Shown one piece after another: positions 25,933 through 37,536 of a DNA stretch of 64,000 bases. The DNA lies in NCBI RefSeq assembly GCF_964194025.1, contig NC_134468.1, positions 79,236,001-79,300,000 on the forward strand, read 5' to 3'. A program made the translations under genes and the position numbers. The number at the start of each line of letters is the position of its first letter. Position 1 is the stretch's first letter. A model generated the notes under the pieces. It worked only from the letters and a program-made list of their open reading frames with translations. It had not been told where the DNA came from and did no database searches. Source of the stretch: Convolutriloba macropyga. Lineage: Eukaryota.

Positions 25933-28469
25933 AATGATATTTCGAGTTCATTAGTATCTAATAACTGACAAGTTTAGCACTCAATTGAATAAAAATAATT
26001 TGTGTGATATGTATTTTTTCAATATTTTAAACAATTTATAACAAATTAAATCATTTCTCAAAAACTGTTCAACAATTTATGTTGCGTAGGGATCGGTTTT
26101 CAAAATGAATTATTCTCTTGAAGATGGAAAAAAATTTCAAAAGGAAACGAATAATGTAATGTCTAGGATATATATTAAATTACCAAATAAATTTTTTTTA
26201 GACAGAGCACGACAAAAATCAACTGACTTGGACGGCAGGCTCAAACAAAGTATTTAAAAAAACAAAAAAGTTCAGTAGTCTTTGAGGTATTTTCTGTTTT
26301 ATTTAACGCGGAAATCCGCTAAAAATAAGTCTTAACTTCTCTTCAACTTTTTTCTTTATTTCATTTACCAAAAGATTGGGGTCTTTCCTATTAAAGTCTC
26401 CACAGCTTAGTGGTCAGATAACCTACCCCCCTCCCCAATCAGGGTAAATATACAATAACGGGGGGCTATAATTTCATGGGGGGTTATAATGGGAAAGAAA
26501 TAAAGATTGTTCGATGTAACTCTTTGATCTTATTAAAGCTTTCACTTTCCTTCAGTTTACTTTTATTTTATACAAAAACAAATCAATTTGGCAAGTTGAA
26601 GTTGAATCCAATTCATGAAATTGTCTTTAGCTGCAGTTTTCAACCAAAGTCAGCAAAAGAATTTGCAGAAAATGCATATTTTGAATCGTTTCTGAATTCG
26701 AGTAAACAATTTTTTTCAAGATGAGAAATGAGAACATATTCATCTCATTGTATAAAAGAAAAGTTTCAAAATGAGAACAAGTTAAACGTCGAATCAAAAG
26801 TCAAGAAATACTTTCAAATATTTAATTAATATGAAGGAAAAAAATTTCCCCTAAAAAAAAACTTCTCCCTAACACAAAGACATTCTTTTAAATTTTTTCT
26901 ATCACAAAAAGTAGAACGCGTTCCGAATGAACACCTGCAGTTTTCTACTGTAGACAAAAATCATAATGTAGTGATGCAAAGTTTCATTATTTTTAGAATG
27001 TTTTTTTGGATGGAAGTTCTCAGTTCATAAGCGCATTTTCTGTGTTTAAAAAAACCAAAATTTTACTAGTTTAGGTGAAATGAGTTTATGAAAAACCAAA
27101 TAGAGTTTTTGAAATTTTGAGAACAATAGTTTTCCTTTGCTTTCCGTCGGAAAATAAAAAAAGTTTTGCGGCGGTCAGAAATCAATTCTAAAAAGTAATC
27201 TCCTTTTTTCATGACAACCAGTGCAGTTTTCAACAGATAATTGTAAATTTGATGAAATATTTTGCCTGCTTTTCAGCCAGATCTAGGGCACTGTGACAAA
27301 AAACTATTAACTCTTATTGACAATGTTCATTTTTCTATTTAAACAAAAGTTTCAAAAACACATTAATAAAATTTTGAAGAAGTCATTTTGCTTGTTAATT
27401 TTAAACGCTGTTAGTTCACATACCGTTTATCAGCATCAAATCTAATGATATCATTCATTATTTTCGTCGTTGTCTTGATACTTTCAGTTTGTAACCAAAC
27501 ATGACTGTTTGAAAGATAATAGTGATTTAGAGGAGCACTTTCTCCATTCTAAAAACCAAAATGCAGTTTAGCTTATTCTTCCGTTTCTCATATTTTTAGT
27601 TGAGACGTATACGTCGGTCTTTTTTACAATTAATTTGACGCTTTTTGCCACCTGGTATCGAAACTTGTCGAACGTTAAAATCTGCACAGTTATTAACCAT
27701 GTGTTATTGAAATTTTCTCCTAAAGTGGAGAAGTTATTGAAGAGAACATTATTTTAATAAGTAAATACTGTTCAAACTGTTCAACTGACAGAAACAAGAC
27801 TGTAATGAAATACAAAACTAAAAACAATCATCTACAGTAAACAAGAACATTATAGAGATTTTTTTGCTTCGATTATTCTGTACAAAGACATACCATGGAT
27901 TCCACTTTCTTTTTTGCGCAAACCCACCCAAATAAAAATGAAGAGCAGAGTTGTATTTTTGGCGAATTGGATTATAATCTAGATAAAAAGTTTTTTTCTA
28001 ATTTTGTACGTCATTACAAACCACTGCACAGCTAATTTGTGTTCTCTCCCAATATCGAAAGTATCTGATAGCATTTTCTTGATAGCATTGAGCAGATACC
28101 ATTTTCTTCCAGTTTGGAGTTTTTTGGTCTCGTCGTCAGAAAACTTTTTTCGTTAAAAATATTAGTTTCTAACGGACCATGGATTTGTTGAATGCAAGCT
28201 ATATTATATAACCTGCCTAACATTTTGCTAATATTTGATAGCCCTGGGCAAAACCTTGAGTATTTTTGTTCAAAAAAAATTGAAATTGAAAAATTATTGA
28301 ATGATTTGACTTACTACGAAGTATGGATTAATCAGTTATTTAAACAATACATGCAAAAGGTTGTGAAAAATCTTGAAACTAGAAAAAATTATCATAAACT
28401 GTTCGCCGACAATAATTTGCGTAATTTAATTTATTTTATTTCTGCCAGCCAAATAAAACTTAGTCTAAC

Positions 28470-28828
28470 CTGTGCCTGATTGGGTGATATTGTCTGATAG
28501 AGACTGTCATGTGACTCTTTCAACGACACCTGATTGGTCAGCTGAGACTTGACAGCTACTGACTCGTCACCCGACATTAAATTAACATGTTCGAACTTGC
28601 TCACTTTCATATCGGAGTCAAAGTCGTTCTTAATGACGTCACCATTGACAGTGGACGAAGTAACATATGTGGTCGGGGGGTAGTCCAGTGTGGCCAGGAA
28701 TGCCCTGGAGGGGTCTTGCATTGTTCGTTTCATACCGAACATGAGAAGGGTGCTGATGAGATAGGCAATCGCGGAGAAGAGAAGACTCGTGTATTGATAT
28801 GAACCAGATAGAATGTCTCGAATGTAGA
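28470..28828 (-). CDS. SLC16-like transporter exon 7 (TM12 + start of cytoplasmic tail)
   Basis: TTTTTCAG|(I)YIRDILSGSYQYTSLLFSAIAYLISTLLMFGMKRT...DSLYQTISPNQAQ, then CAG|GTTAGA donor (phase 0). If unspliced it reads to TAA at 28431, giving a 536-aa product. Confidence 0.85.
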
Positions 28829-29823
28829 CTGAAAAATAAGAGAATCGTTCATACAGGTTTGAGGTTCAAATATGAAGCTGTTTCATTTTCTACCGTGAAC
28901 AACATTTCTCGTTCTCATAACAAAGTGTGAATCAACCGATGCTTCCCAGGGTGAGGTGGTAGAGAAATAAATAGAAAATTAGCCTCTGGGGGATACCCTC
29001 ACAGACGATAATTCTATGGTCTGGATCGTACTTCTTATCGCACTAATTCAAATGATAGTCGCGTTATGTCAATTCTTAAGCTGACACTTTCGGGCAGTAT
29101 CGCTCTAATTTGATTCGTAAAACCCGCAGTTTCGAACAAAAGAACGCTACTTCGAATCATAAGAATTGCCTTATAGCTAGAAAAATGATTTGTATAGCGC
29201 ACTATGGTGCGCTCGAATCCACCTCTGTCCAGACCGTTCCAGACCTAACTGACCTATGATCAGACCGTTTCCGGACCGTTGTCCAGACTTTCATTCACTC
29301 AACTCCTTCCAATTTTCTCCAGACTATGTAACTCGAGCGCCAAAGACTTCTCGGGCGTGCGCTCTAAGATGGTCTGATCAAAGGGAATGCAATATTCTAT
29401 TGGTTTGTTTGCTTTCAAGTTTATGCCTGATCAAAGTGGCGCACTAGGATTAGGCCTCAGGTCTAAAAATAGTTGTCGGTGGCTCACAAAAGACAAGCAT
29501 GCGCTCTAGAGGGGATGGGGGTTTGCTGAGGTGTCCAGACCAAACAAACTAAGAACTATATCTAGCTAGCCATGGGCAGGAGCGAACAACTTTTACTAGC
29601 CCCAAACCCAAACTTGGATATCTCTATAATTCATTATCTGGTTTCTTTTTCTGCTCATCAAGGATTCATCTCTAGGGCCAAGGCTAATTTGAATAGTTTC
29701 CATTAAGTTTTCTGAAGCTTATTTCATGTAAAATCTAAATTTGTGCTCTCAACTTCTTTAAGATTTGAGAGGATTTCTATCCACAAAGAGAGAAACAATC
29801 CAGAATAAAGGAAGGAAACTAAC

Positions 29824-29939
29824 TTGCGACAGGGAGACCCAACATGTATCCGACGCCTGTGATGCAGTTCTGGAGAGCCCACGAATGAGAGAAAAGTTTT
29901 ACCCCCATCAGCTCATGTAGAAATGCCACACTCAGACAC
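29824..29939 (-). CDS. SLC16-like transporter exon 6 (TM11)
   Basis: TTTTAG|(R)CLSVAFLHELMGVKLFSHSWALQNCITGVGYMLGLPVA|GTTAGT. Phase 2/1; matches the MFS TM11 pattern G..G...G.P.A. Confidence 0.88.
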
Positions 29940-29968
29940 CTAAAATAACATTTATTTCATAATGAACG

Positions 29969-30260
29969 TCCGGGGTTGACAAAACTTGCGTATAATAAAA
30001 TGTACCATATATGGTAACTTACTTACCACAGAATGGACCATATATGGCCCATCATAGCCATAAAAAATCGTTTATGTTATTGCTATGGTTAGTAAGGCAC
30101 CATATATAGTATTTTTTACGGTACGCTAAATTTTCATATGCGTTTTGAACTGAAAGTTTTTTGAATGGCGTTGGATGGCGGACCCATATATGGTCCGTTC
30201 TATAGTTAGTAAGGTTCCACACATGGTACTTTTTATGATACAAAATTTTTTCATATACGG
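29969..30260. repeat. CCATATATGG-rich repeat element, with an inverted related fragment at 19545-19666
   Basis: Repeated ACCATATATGG palindromes. ACTTACTTACCA..AATGGACCA matches the reverse complement of 19630-19653, and both end in CCC/GGGTTGAC. Confidence 0.55.
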
Positions 30261-30697
30261 TTTGTCCCTCGCTTTGAGAATTAAAAATGGCATAGCAATT
30301 TAATAACAGTTGGATAACAACTTAACTGTTGCATAAAAATTGCATAACTATTGCATAACTTAGAGGTAAAATAACTTCTTTGGATGGACACCTGATGGAC
30401 ATTACAAAATCTGCCATTTGAAGAGAGGTGCGGAAAAGGTGGCGACAAGAATTAGTATGTTACGTGTTTAGAAAACTTGCTTTCCAGAAAAGAATGATTT
30501 TTTAACGTTTCATTTAAATTTCAAATATCATACTAAAATTTTTTTCACACTATAGAATTTCAGCTGAACAGCATTTTCTCCGATGTCTGCAAAATGAAAA
30601 TCGAATATAACAATTATATGATACACTGTTTTTTGATTAATAAATCTATTAGTGGATTGAAACGAGGTCGCAGTCCCAGTGAAACGATCGATAACGT

Positions 30698-30767
30698 GGC
30701 GTGATAGCCGAGAAGTAAGGTGTGTGCTTCACACGCCAATGATCGAGAGTTCAATCCCCTGCCTCCG
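30698..30767 (+). pseudogene. Degenerate tRNA-derived sequence (Val-CAC-like; possible SINE head)
   Basis: A-box-like TAGCCGAGAAGT, TGC-TTCACAC-GC anticodon-arm-like segment, B-box GAGTTCAATCC. Stems are mismatched. Confidence 0.5.
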
Positions 30768-30851
30768 TGAAGCTGTCTGTGTGAGGATGAGCTGTTACAT
30801 AACCATAGCTTCAGGTTGACCATAGTATGATCAATGTGGGCTGCAATGATG

Positions 30852-31437
30852 GTACCACGTGAAAGTTTCAGACGCAAAAAAATCGGCAATAGTCACCAAA
30901 AAAGAGCGATGCTACTCATAAAAAGATCAGTCTGAAATAAGGCGAATAATTAGAACATATCCAGCAGATTGCCGGAATAGCTGCGGAAGAATAGACCTGC
31001 GTGCCATATAATAGAGATAGAAACAGATACAGATCTAAATTGAAAAAAAAACGCCGCTCAAAAAAACTAGGTAAAAAACATTCAGCGATAAATTAATAAA
31101 GCTTATTAAATTTCATTTCTGAGAAGCCTCTTATTAGGGACCTTTACTGCACAAATGAGTTTCTTTGACCTTAAACAAATTCAAATTAAACTTAAGTTTT
31201 AAAGTGCAAAAGTCATTTTATTGAGTGAGGTAAGTCACGTATGATCAAAATCTAATCACGCAATTAAACTAAAAAGTTTTGCTAAAGCGAGTGAGAAATG
31301 ACGTCACGCGCGCAAATGCTGTTAGTGAGAGGAAGAAGTACCACGTGAAAGTTTCAGACGCAAAAAAAATCGGCTTTAGTCACCAAAAAAGAGCGATGCT
31401 ACTCATAAAAAGATCAGTCTGGAATAAGGCGAATAAT
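30852..31437. repeat. Two ~100-bp direct repeats (30852-30950, 31338-31437)
   Basis: GTACCACGTGAAAGTTTCAGACGCAAAAAAATCGGC...AAGGCGAATAAT occurs twice. Confidence 0.9.
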
Positions 31438-33537
31438 AAGAAAAAAGACAGCTGAGAACAGGCCGCTGTGGCCTAACGCTGATCCGCTGCGATTACGCAG
31501 GAACCACAATTATTATTATAACAATTGTCGAAAACTGTAGTGGACAGTGTTTCAATTACAATGGTAAGCATTTCTGCATTTGTTAACTTAGCTGCTCTAC
31601 GAACAAAACTATTCATCGATACTAAAATTTGCGTCGACTCTCCTATAATAGACATTATTGTTGGGCAGTTTAAGTAATGCCTAATAGCAATGGACAGTCA
31701 GGGAAACAGGATGCTGAATTGCGAGATTGATGACTTAATTTATCAATTATAAAATACCAATGTCACTTGAAAAAATGACACAGATCTGTGAATACAAAAT
31801 TGTTTCCTGTTTTTTAAATTCTGCTAACTGGTTCAATCCTGGAAAGAATATCGCAAAACTAACAAAGCCCATCAAAACCCTGTTTTTAATTCGTTTTGAA
31901 AAACAAGAATAATTCCCTATTTTTTGCTGATACAAAAATAATCTCTATACGGCAAAAGAATTATATCTTTGTTCTAATAAAAAAGTTAAACAATATAAGT
32001 AACTGGTTGTCTTATGGTAACAATTACAAAACAAAATATTTATTGCCATCGTCCATTAATGCGCGATCAGATTAATATGGCTCCAATCATATCATTTCTT
32101 TGAGATTAATTCTACATCTACTTTGCTACGGCCTGAAGCTCAGTGGGCACATAACTTAAAACACCGATGTGCACATTTTAAAATGCCTAAAGTCTGCAGC
32201 GCCGGAAGTTATAATGCCAGAAATTGCTACTTAGCCAGAAGTTAACTTCCGTAATTTTAAAACGTGCGCGTTTCGTGTTTTAAGCATGTTTAAGTGACTA
32301 TATAGAAGTCACTCCGAAATTCTGACTTAATATCTCGAACCGCTTCGTGGTTCTCGATAAACACCAGAAATTCTCAGTGAATTCAAGCAGAGTCACTTAA
32401 CTATTACTTCTACGCCCCTGGCATATTAACATTCATTTGTAACTGGCGGACGTAAATACAATGGGGGCCGAAACATATTTGATCCATCTGTCCATTGATT
32501 TCTTGGTAATTTTTTAACTTCTGTTTTTCGGTGATTCAGAAATAAACTTTTTATCAAAACCACACCTGCAAAAACTCGTAAATAGTATAAAGCCATTTAC
32601 TCAACTCCAGGGAAGTAAAGAGTATAAAAATTCCAGGGTAAAACGAATTAATAGAATCAACATGGTGAATCAAAATGAAAAGTTTCTTGAAAAAATTTCG
32701 TCTTCGTCTACAAGAGATTTCCGAAACCCTTGAGATCATCAACATAAAAATTGCAGCCAAGCGACTGCTTTGAAATTAATGCTTTAATTGTTGAAAGAGG
32801 TGGCATTAAAAATATTTTCATGGGAACAAATGATCTTTGGGCTCTAATATATTGAACCAAGTTTAAGTTAATTTGCTCTTGTTTTTTTAAATTGCAGTAT
32901 AGAAAACTTGAAAAAGTTTTTTTAATTGATAAGAACATAGCTGCGTGCGACACGTCTAGTATATAACTATGGAGTATTATTTCAAAACAAATTGAAGCCC
33001 CTTTCATGAAACGTTTCAGAGGTTTATACAGCTAACAACAATTTGAGGTTAAGATTAATTGATTAAAGTTGAGAAAAAAAAGCTCAAAACGAAAAAAAAA
33101 CAAATCCACCTTGCAGCGTAATACATAGGTCCACAATTGCCTTATTGTCGTTGCGGAACACTGGTTTCCACCGTTACCATTATTAGGAGGATCAAATTTT
33201 CGATTAAAAAAATCTATTTCTCTGAGCACCGAGGAATAATTTTTTTGTTCTTAAAAAAATAGTTTTCGGTCACAAAATGAAGTGAAAGTTTGATTGCCAT
33301 TGATTCCTAATTTTCCATTAGGATATAGCTGCATTTTTTATTTGAAAAACAGCGGTTTTGCTAGTGAAATAAAACATGAAACAATTTCAAGACAAGTGAA
33401 AAAATTTTCTTAATGTAACTTGATCTATCAAGATATCAGTAATTTAATTTTTGATATACATGCAAAGATTTTGTAGTCCTTTCACATCTTAACATTTTAT
33501 GGTGTCAAGATAAAACACCCAATGCCAAAAATATCCA

Positions 33538-34103
33538 CCCCGACTTGAGTCTCAGAGCATTTCAGCGCTGAACCAGCATATTCCAAGTGTTGAAACCTAA
33601 TTCAGCTCTGAAACACGGCATCTCCAGAATAATTTAATTTTCTTTATGTGCAGTTTTTTTTTCATTTTGATTATATTGAGTTCATTGAATTAGCCCAGGC
33701 TAAAATTGCTCTGTATTGTCTGAAAATTACCCATACACCAAAATTAAGTCTGAGCAGAGTAATGTCAAATTTTTGTAGCTTACAACTGGCAATTACTATG
33801 GTAGTATACCCACTATTTATTTATAAGCTAGTTTACAGGCAATTACCACAAGGCCCATTTAGCTTATTCGTTACGACTCAAATTAAATTTTACAAGTACC
33901 CACGCGGAAATTCGAATCGCAAATAAATCAAAACTTATTGGCGGGATTTAAGCTGAGCATATTATTTTCCATGCAGTAAATTTTACTCAAAAGTCAAAAC
34001 TGGCCCGTGTATATTGGGAGATGACCAGAATACTGGCCATCCTAAAGAACAGAATGTCTCTGTACTGATTCAGCCCTGATTTACTCTGCCACCAAACTCA
34101 GGG
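33538..34103. mobile_element. Same MITE, copy 2 (inside tandem duplication unit 1)
   Basis: Imperfect TIRs and collinearity with 18500-19050. Confidence 0.72.
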
Positions 34104-35479
34104 CAGTGTCAAAATGACACGAATTACCCAAAAGATACCCAATACTTTGCTAAATTTACCAGAAGGGATGTTTTAGCTTAATCATATCTCAGATATTTCA
34201 TTATGTAACAAAGTATTCTTAACAAATTTTATGAAAGACTAGTTCATTTGGCCATTCCTCAGAGGCCCATGGGACTTGATATAAAACTATCACAACTATA
34301 CGTGATAAAATTATCAGCTTATGTATGATAAAACTTGCTGGTAATCCTACTGTTATTTTGTAACTGGATGATGTAACGCAAATATCGACGGGAACAAATT
34401 GGATGTTATGGCATTGGGTAAATTGTCATGAAACCGTTTTTTTGTCAAGCATGTCAAGTTCTTACCAGATACGCCAAGTTCCTTTTCACTGAGATGTGTC
34501 ATCGCGGCATGACATTTTTTTTATTTCACACTCTCTATGCTCATTTTTTTAGTACGGTGATACTATGTTATGCATTCGTAGAAATGATACATAATCCAAG
34601 TATTATTTGATGTGCAGTCAATATACGGAGTGACCTGTGGTTCCCAGAAGATATTCCGAATAGAGTGACTCTTGAGATCATCAACATAAAAATTGCAGCC
34701 AAGCGACTGCTTTGAAATTAATGCTTTAATTGTTGAAAGAGGTGGCATTAAAAACATTTTCATGGGAACAAATGATCTTTGGGCTCTAATATATTGAACC
34801 AAGTTTAAGTTAATTTGCACTTGTTTTTTTAAATTGCAGTATAGAAAACTTGAAAAAGTTTTTTTAATTGATAAGAACATAGCTGCGTGCGACACGTCTA
34901 GTATATAACTATGGAGTATTATTTCAAAAAAAATTGAAGCCCCTTTCATGAAACGTTTCAGAGGTTTAGACAGCTAACAACAATTTGAGGTTAAGATTAA
35001 TTGATTAAAGTTGAGAAAAAAAAGCTCAAAACGAAAAAAAAACAAATCCACCTTGCAGCGTAATACATAGGTCCACAATTGCCTTATTGTCGTAGCGGAA
35101 CACTGGTTTCCACCGTTACCTTTATTAGGAGGATCAAATTTTCGATTAAAAAAATCTATTTCTCTGAGCACCGAGGAATAGTTTTTTTGTTCTTAAAAAA
35201 ATAGTTTTCGGTCACAAAATGAAGTGAAAGTTTGATTGCCATTGATTCCTAATTTTCCATTAGGATATAGCTGCATTTTTTATTTGAAAAACAGCGGTTT
35301 TGCTAGTGAAATAAAACATGAAACAATTTCAAGACAAGTGAAAAAATTTTCTTAATGTAACTTGATCTATCAAGATATCAGTAATTTAATTTTTGATATA
35401 CATGCAAAGATTTTGTAGTCCTTTCACATCTTAACATTTTATGGTGTCAAGATAAAACACCCAATGCCAAAAATATCCA

Positions 35480-36046
35480 CCCCGACTTGAGTCTCAGAGC
35501 ATTTCAGCGCTGAACCAGCATATTCCAAGTGTTGAAACCTAATTCAGCTCTGAAACACGGCATCTCCAGAATAATTTAATTTTCTTTATGTGCAGTTTTT
35601 TTTTTCATTTTGATTATATTGAGTTCATTGAATTAGCCCAGGCTAAAATTGCTCTGTATTGTCTGAAAATTACCCATACACCAAAATTAAGTCTGAGCAG
35701 AGTAATGTCAAATTTTTGTAGCTTACAACTGGCAATTACTATGGTAGTATACCCACTATTTATTTATAAGCTAGTTTACAGGCAATTACCACAAGGCCCA
35801 TTTAGCTTATTCGTTACGACTCAAATTAAATTTTACAAGTACCCACGCGGAAATTCGAATCGCAAATAAATCAAAACTTATTGGCGGGATTTAAGCTGAG
35901 CATATTATTTTCCATGCAGTAAATTTTACTCAAAAGTCAAAACTGGCCCGTGTATATTGGGAGATGACCAGAATACTGGCCATCCTAAAGAACAGAATGT
36001 CTCTGTACTGATTCAGCCCTGATTTACTCTGCCACCAAACTCAGGG
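35480..36046. mobile_element. Same MITE, copy 3 (inside tandem duplication unit 2)
   Basis: Near-identical to 33538-34103. Confidence 0.72.
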
Positions 36047-36573
36047 CAGTGTCAAAATGACACGAATTACCCAAAAGATACCCAATACTTTGCTAAATTT
36101 ACCAGAAGGGATGTTTTAGCTTAATCATATCTCAGATATTTCATTATGTAACAAAGTATTCTTAACAAATTTTATGAAAGACTAGTTCATTTGGCCATTC
36201 CTCAGAGGCCCATGGGACTTGATATAAAACTATCACAACTATACGTGATAAAATTATCAGCTTATGTATGATAAAACTTGCTGGTAATCCTACTGTTATT
36301 TTGTAACTGGATGATGTAACGCAAATATCGACGGGAACAAATTGGATGTTATGGCATTGGGTAAATTGTCATGAAACCGTTTTTTTGTCAAGCATGTCAA
36401 GTTCTTACCAGATACGCCAAGTTCCTTTTCACTGAGATGTGTCATCGCGGCATGACATTTTTTTTATTTCACACTCTCTATGCTCATTTTTTTAGTACGG
36501 TGATACTATGTTATGCATTCGTAGAAATGATACATAATCCAAGTATTATTTGAAGTGCAGTCAATATACTGAC

Positions 36574-36713
36574 CTGTGGTTTCCAGAAGATATTCCGAAT
36601 AGAGTGACGAATAGGATTGTGGAGAAGAGAGACTGGTTGGGGAGGATTAAAAAAGACACTGCCACAGTTGAGAGAAAGAGAGAAAGCTGGATAACTGTAC
36701 GCAGTTGCAGAAG
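36574..36713 (-). CDS. SLC16-like transporter exon 5 (TM9-TM10); not in the ORF track
   Basis: TTTTCAG|LLQLRTVIQLSLFLSTVAVSFLILPNQSLFSTILFVTLFGISSGNH(R)|GTCAGT. Phase 0/2. Confidence 0.85.
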
Positions 36714-37404
36714 CTGAAAAAAATTTATATAAATTATATAACTTATGAAGTTTTATTCTTAAAGAAAAGAAAATCGCAATAAACAAATTTTTGGCCGAAA
36801 ACAAAAAGTCCGACTGTTTGTTGTCAGTTTTTTTTCACTATTTATAGTAAGAAAGCTTAGAGTTTATCGTCTTTTTTAAGAAGCCAAACCAACTGACGAG
36901 TTTCCACATTTATAAACTGAACAAACCCAACTTTTATCCGTTTGAAACTGAGTGTTAAGCAGCCTTCTTCTTATTTTTTGTCAGTTATATTCGATTTCAT
37001 TAACTTGGTTAATTAGTTTGACATAGCTCGATAAACGGCTCAAATTCAGATTAAACTTTGCAAGCGAAATGCCGTGAAATGAGCTGTTATTTTTACCACT
37101 AATTTCAACTAAGTTGCAGCAGGTAATTTCCAACTTTGAAACATTGACAGAACACCCCCCCCCCCCCCCGGGGGGGCGCGGGTCATCGTCATTCAACGCA
37201 AAAAATATGCAAGATAAGCGGTGAATGCGGTGAAATTACATAAATCAGCCGGTGAAAGCGGTGAAAAAAATTATCGACGGGACAGGCCTGAACAGATCGA
37301 CACTGAACTGAACTACAATTTCGTTCCTTCCAAAAGTGATCGGTCAATAATTTTAGAAATTGGATTTGATGTTAACCGAACTATCGTGTAGTTACAGTGC
37401 ATAC

Positions 37405-37536
37405 CTGTTTGGCGGTGTCGAACTCTGCGTAGGCTGCAGCTAAAGCACATCCGAAAGAGAAGAAGGTGCCGAAGATGACGAGCATTATGACAGAGTTACT
37501 GGACGACAGGCTGTCTGCGCTCACACACACGTCTAT
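37405..37536 (-). CDS. SLC16-like transporter exon 4 (TM8); not in the ORF track
   Basis: TTTTAG|IDVCVSADSLSSSNSVIMLVIFGTFFSFGCALAAAYAEFDTAKQ|GTATGC. 132 nt, phase 0/0, hydrophobic helix at the expected position. Confidence 0.82.

Larger units (their letters stand above)
32729..36608. repeat. Tandem duplication, 2 x ~1.94 kb, near identical
   Basis: Units begin CTTGAGATCATCAAC at 32729 and 34671 and end ATAGAGTGAC at 34669 and 36608. The ORF track repeats the same ORFs. Confidence 0.97.

Noticed and set aside
28032-28223. ORF as the terminal exon of the transporter
   Set aside because: The candidate acceptors are out of phase with this ORF and give only 2-9 codons. It cannot be fully excluded as a short alternative end.
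30698-30767. Functional tRNA gene (including a possible TCA/Sec reading)
   Set aside because: The acceptor, anticodon and T stems do not pair properly and there is no long variable arm; treated as tRNA-derived.
30946-31034. Hydrophobic minus-strand frame as a transporter exon
   Set aside because: All frames hit stops, and exons 36574 and 29939 join in phase without it.
32708-36553. Duplicated short ORFs as a gene pair
   Set aside because: AT-rich, no motifs or splice logic; they repeat only because the intron DNA is duplicated.
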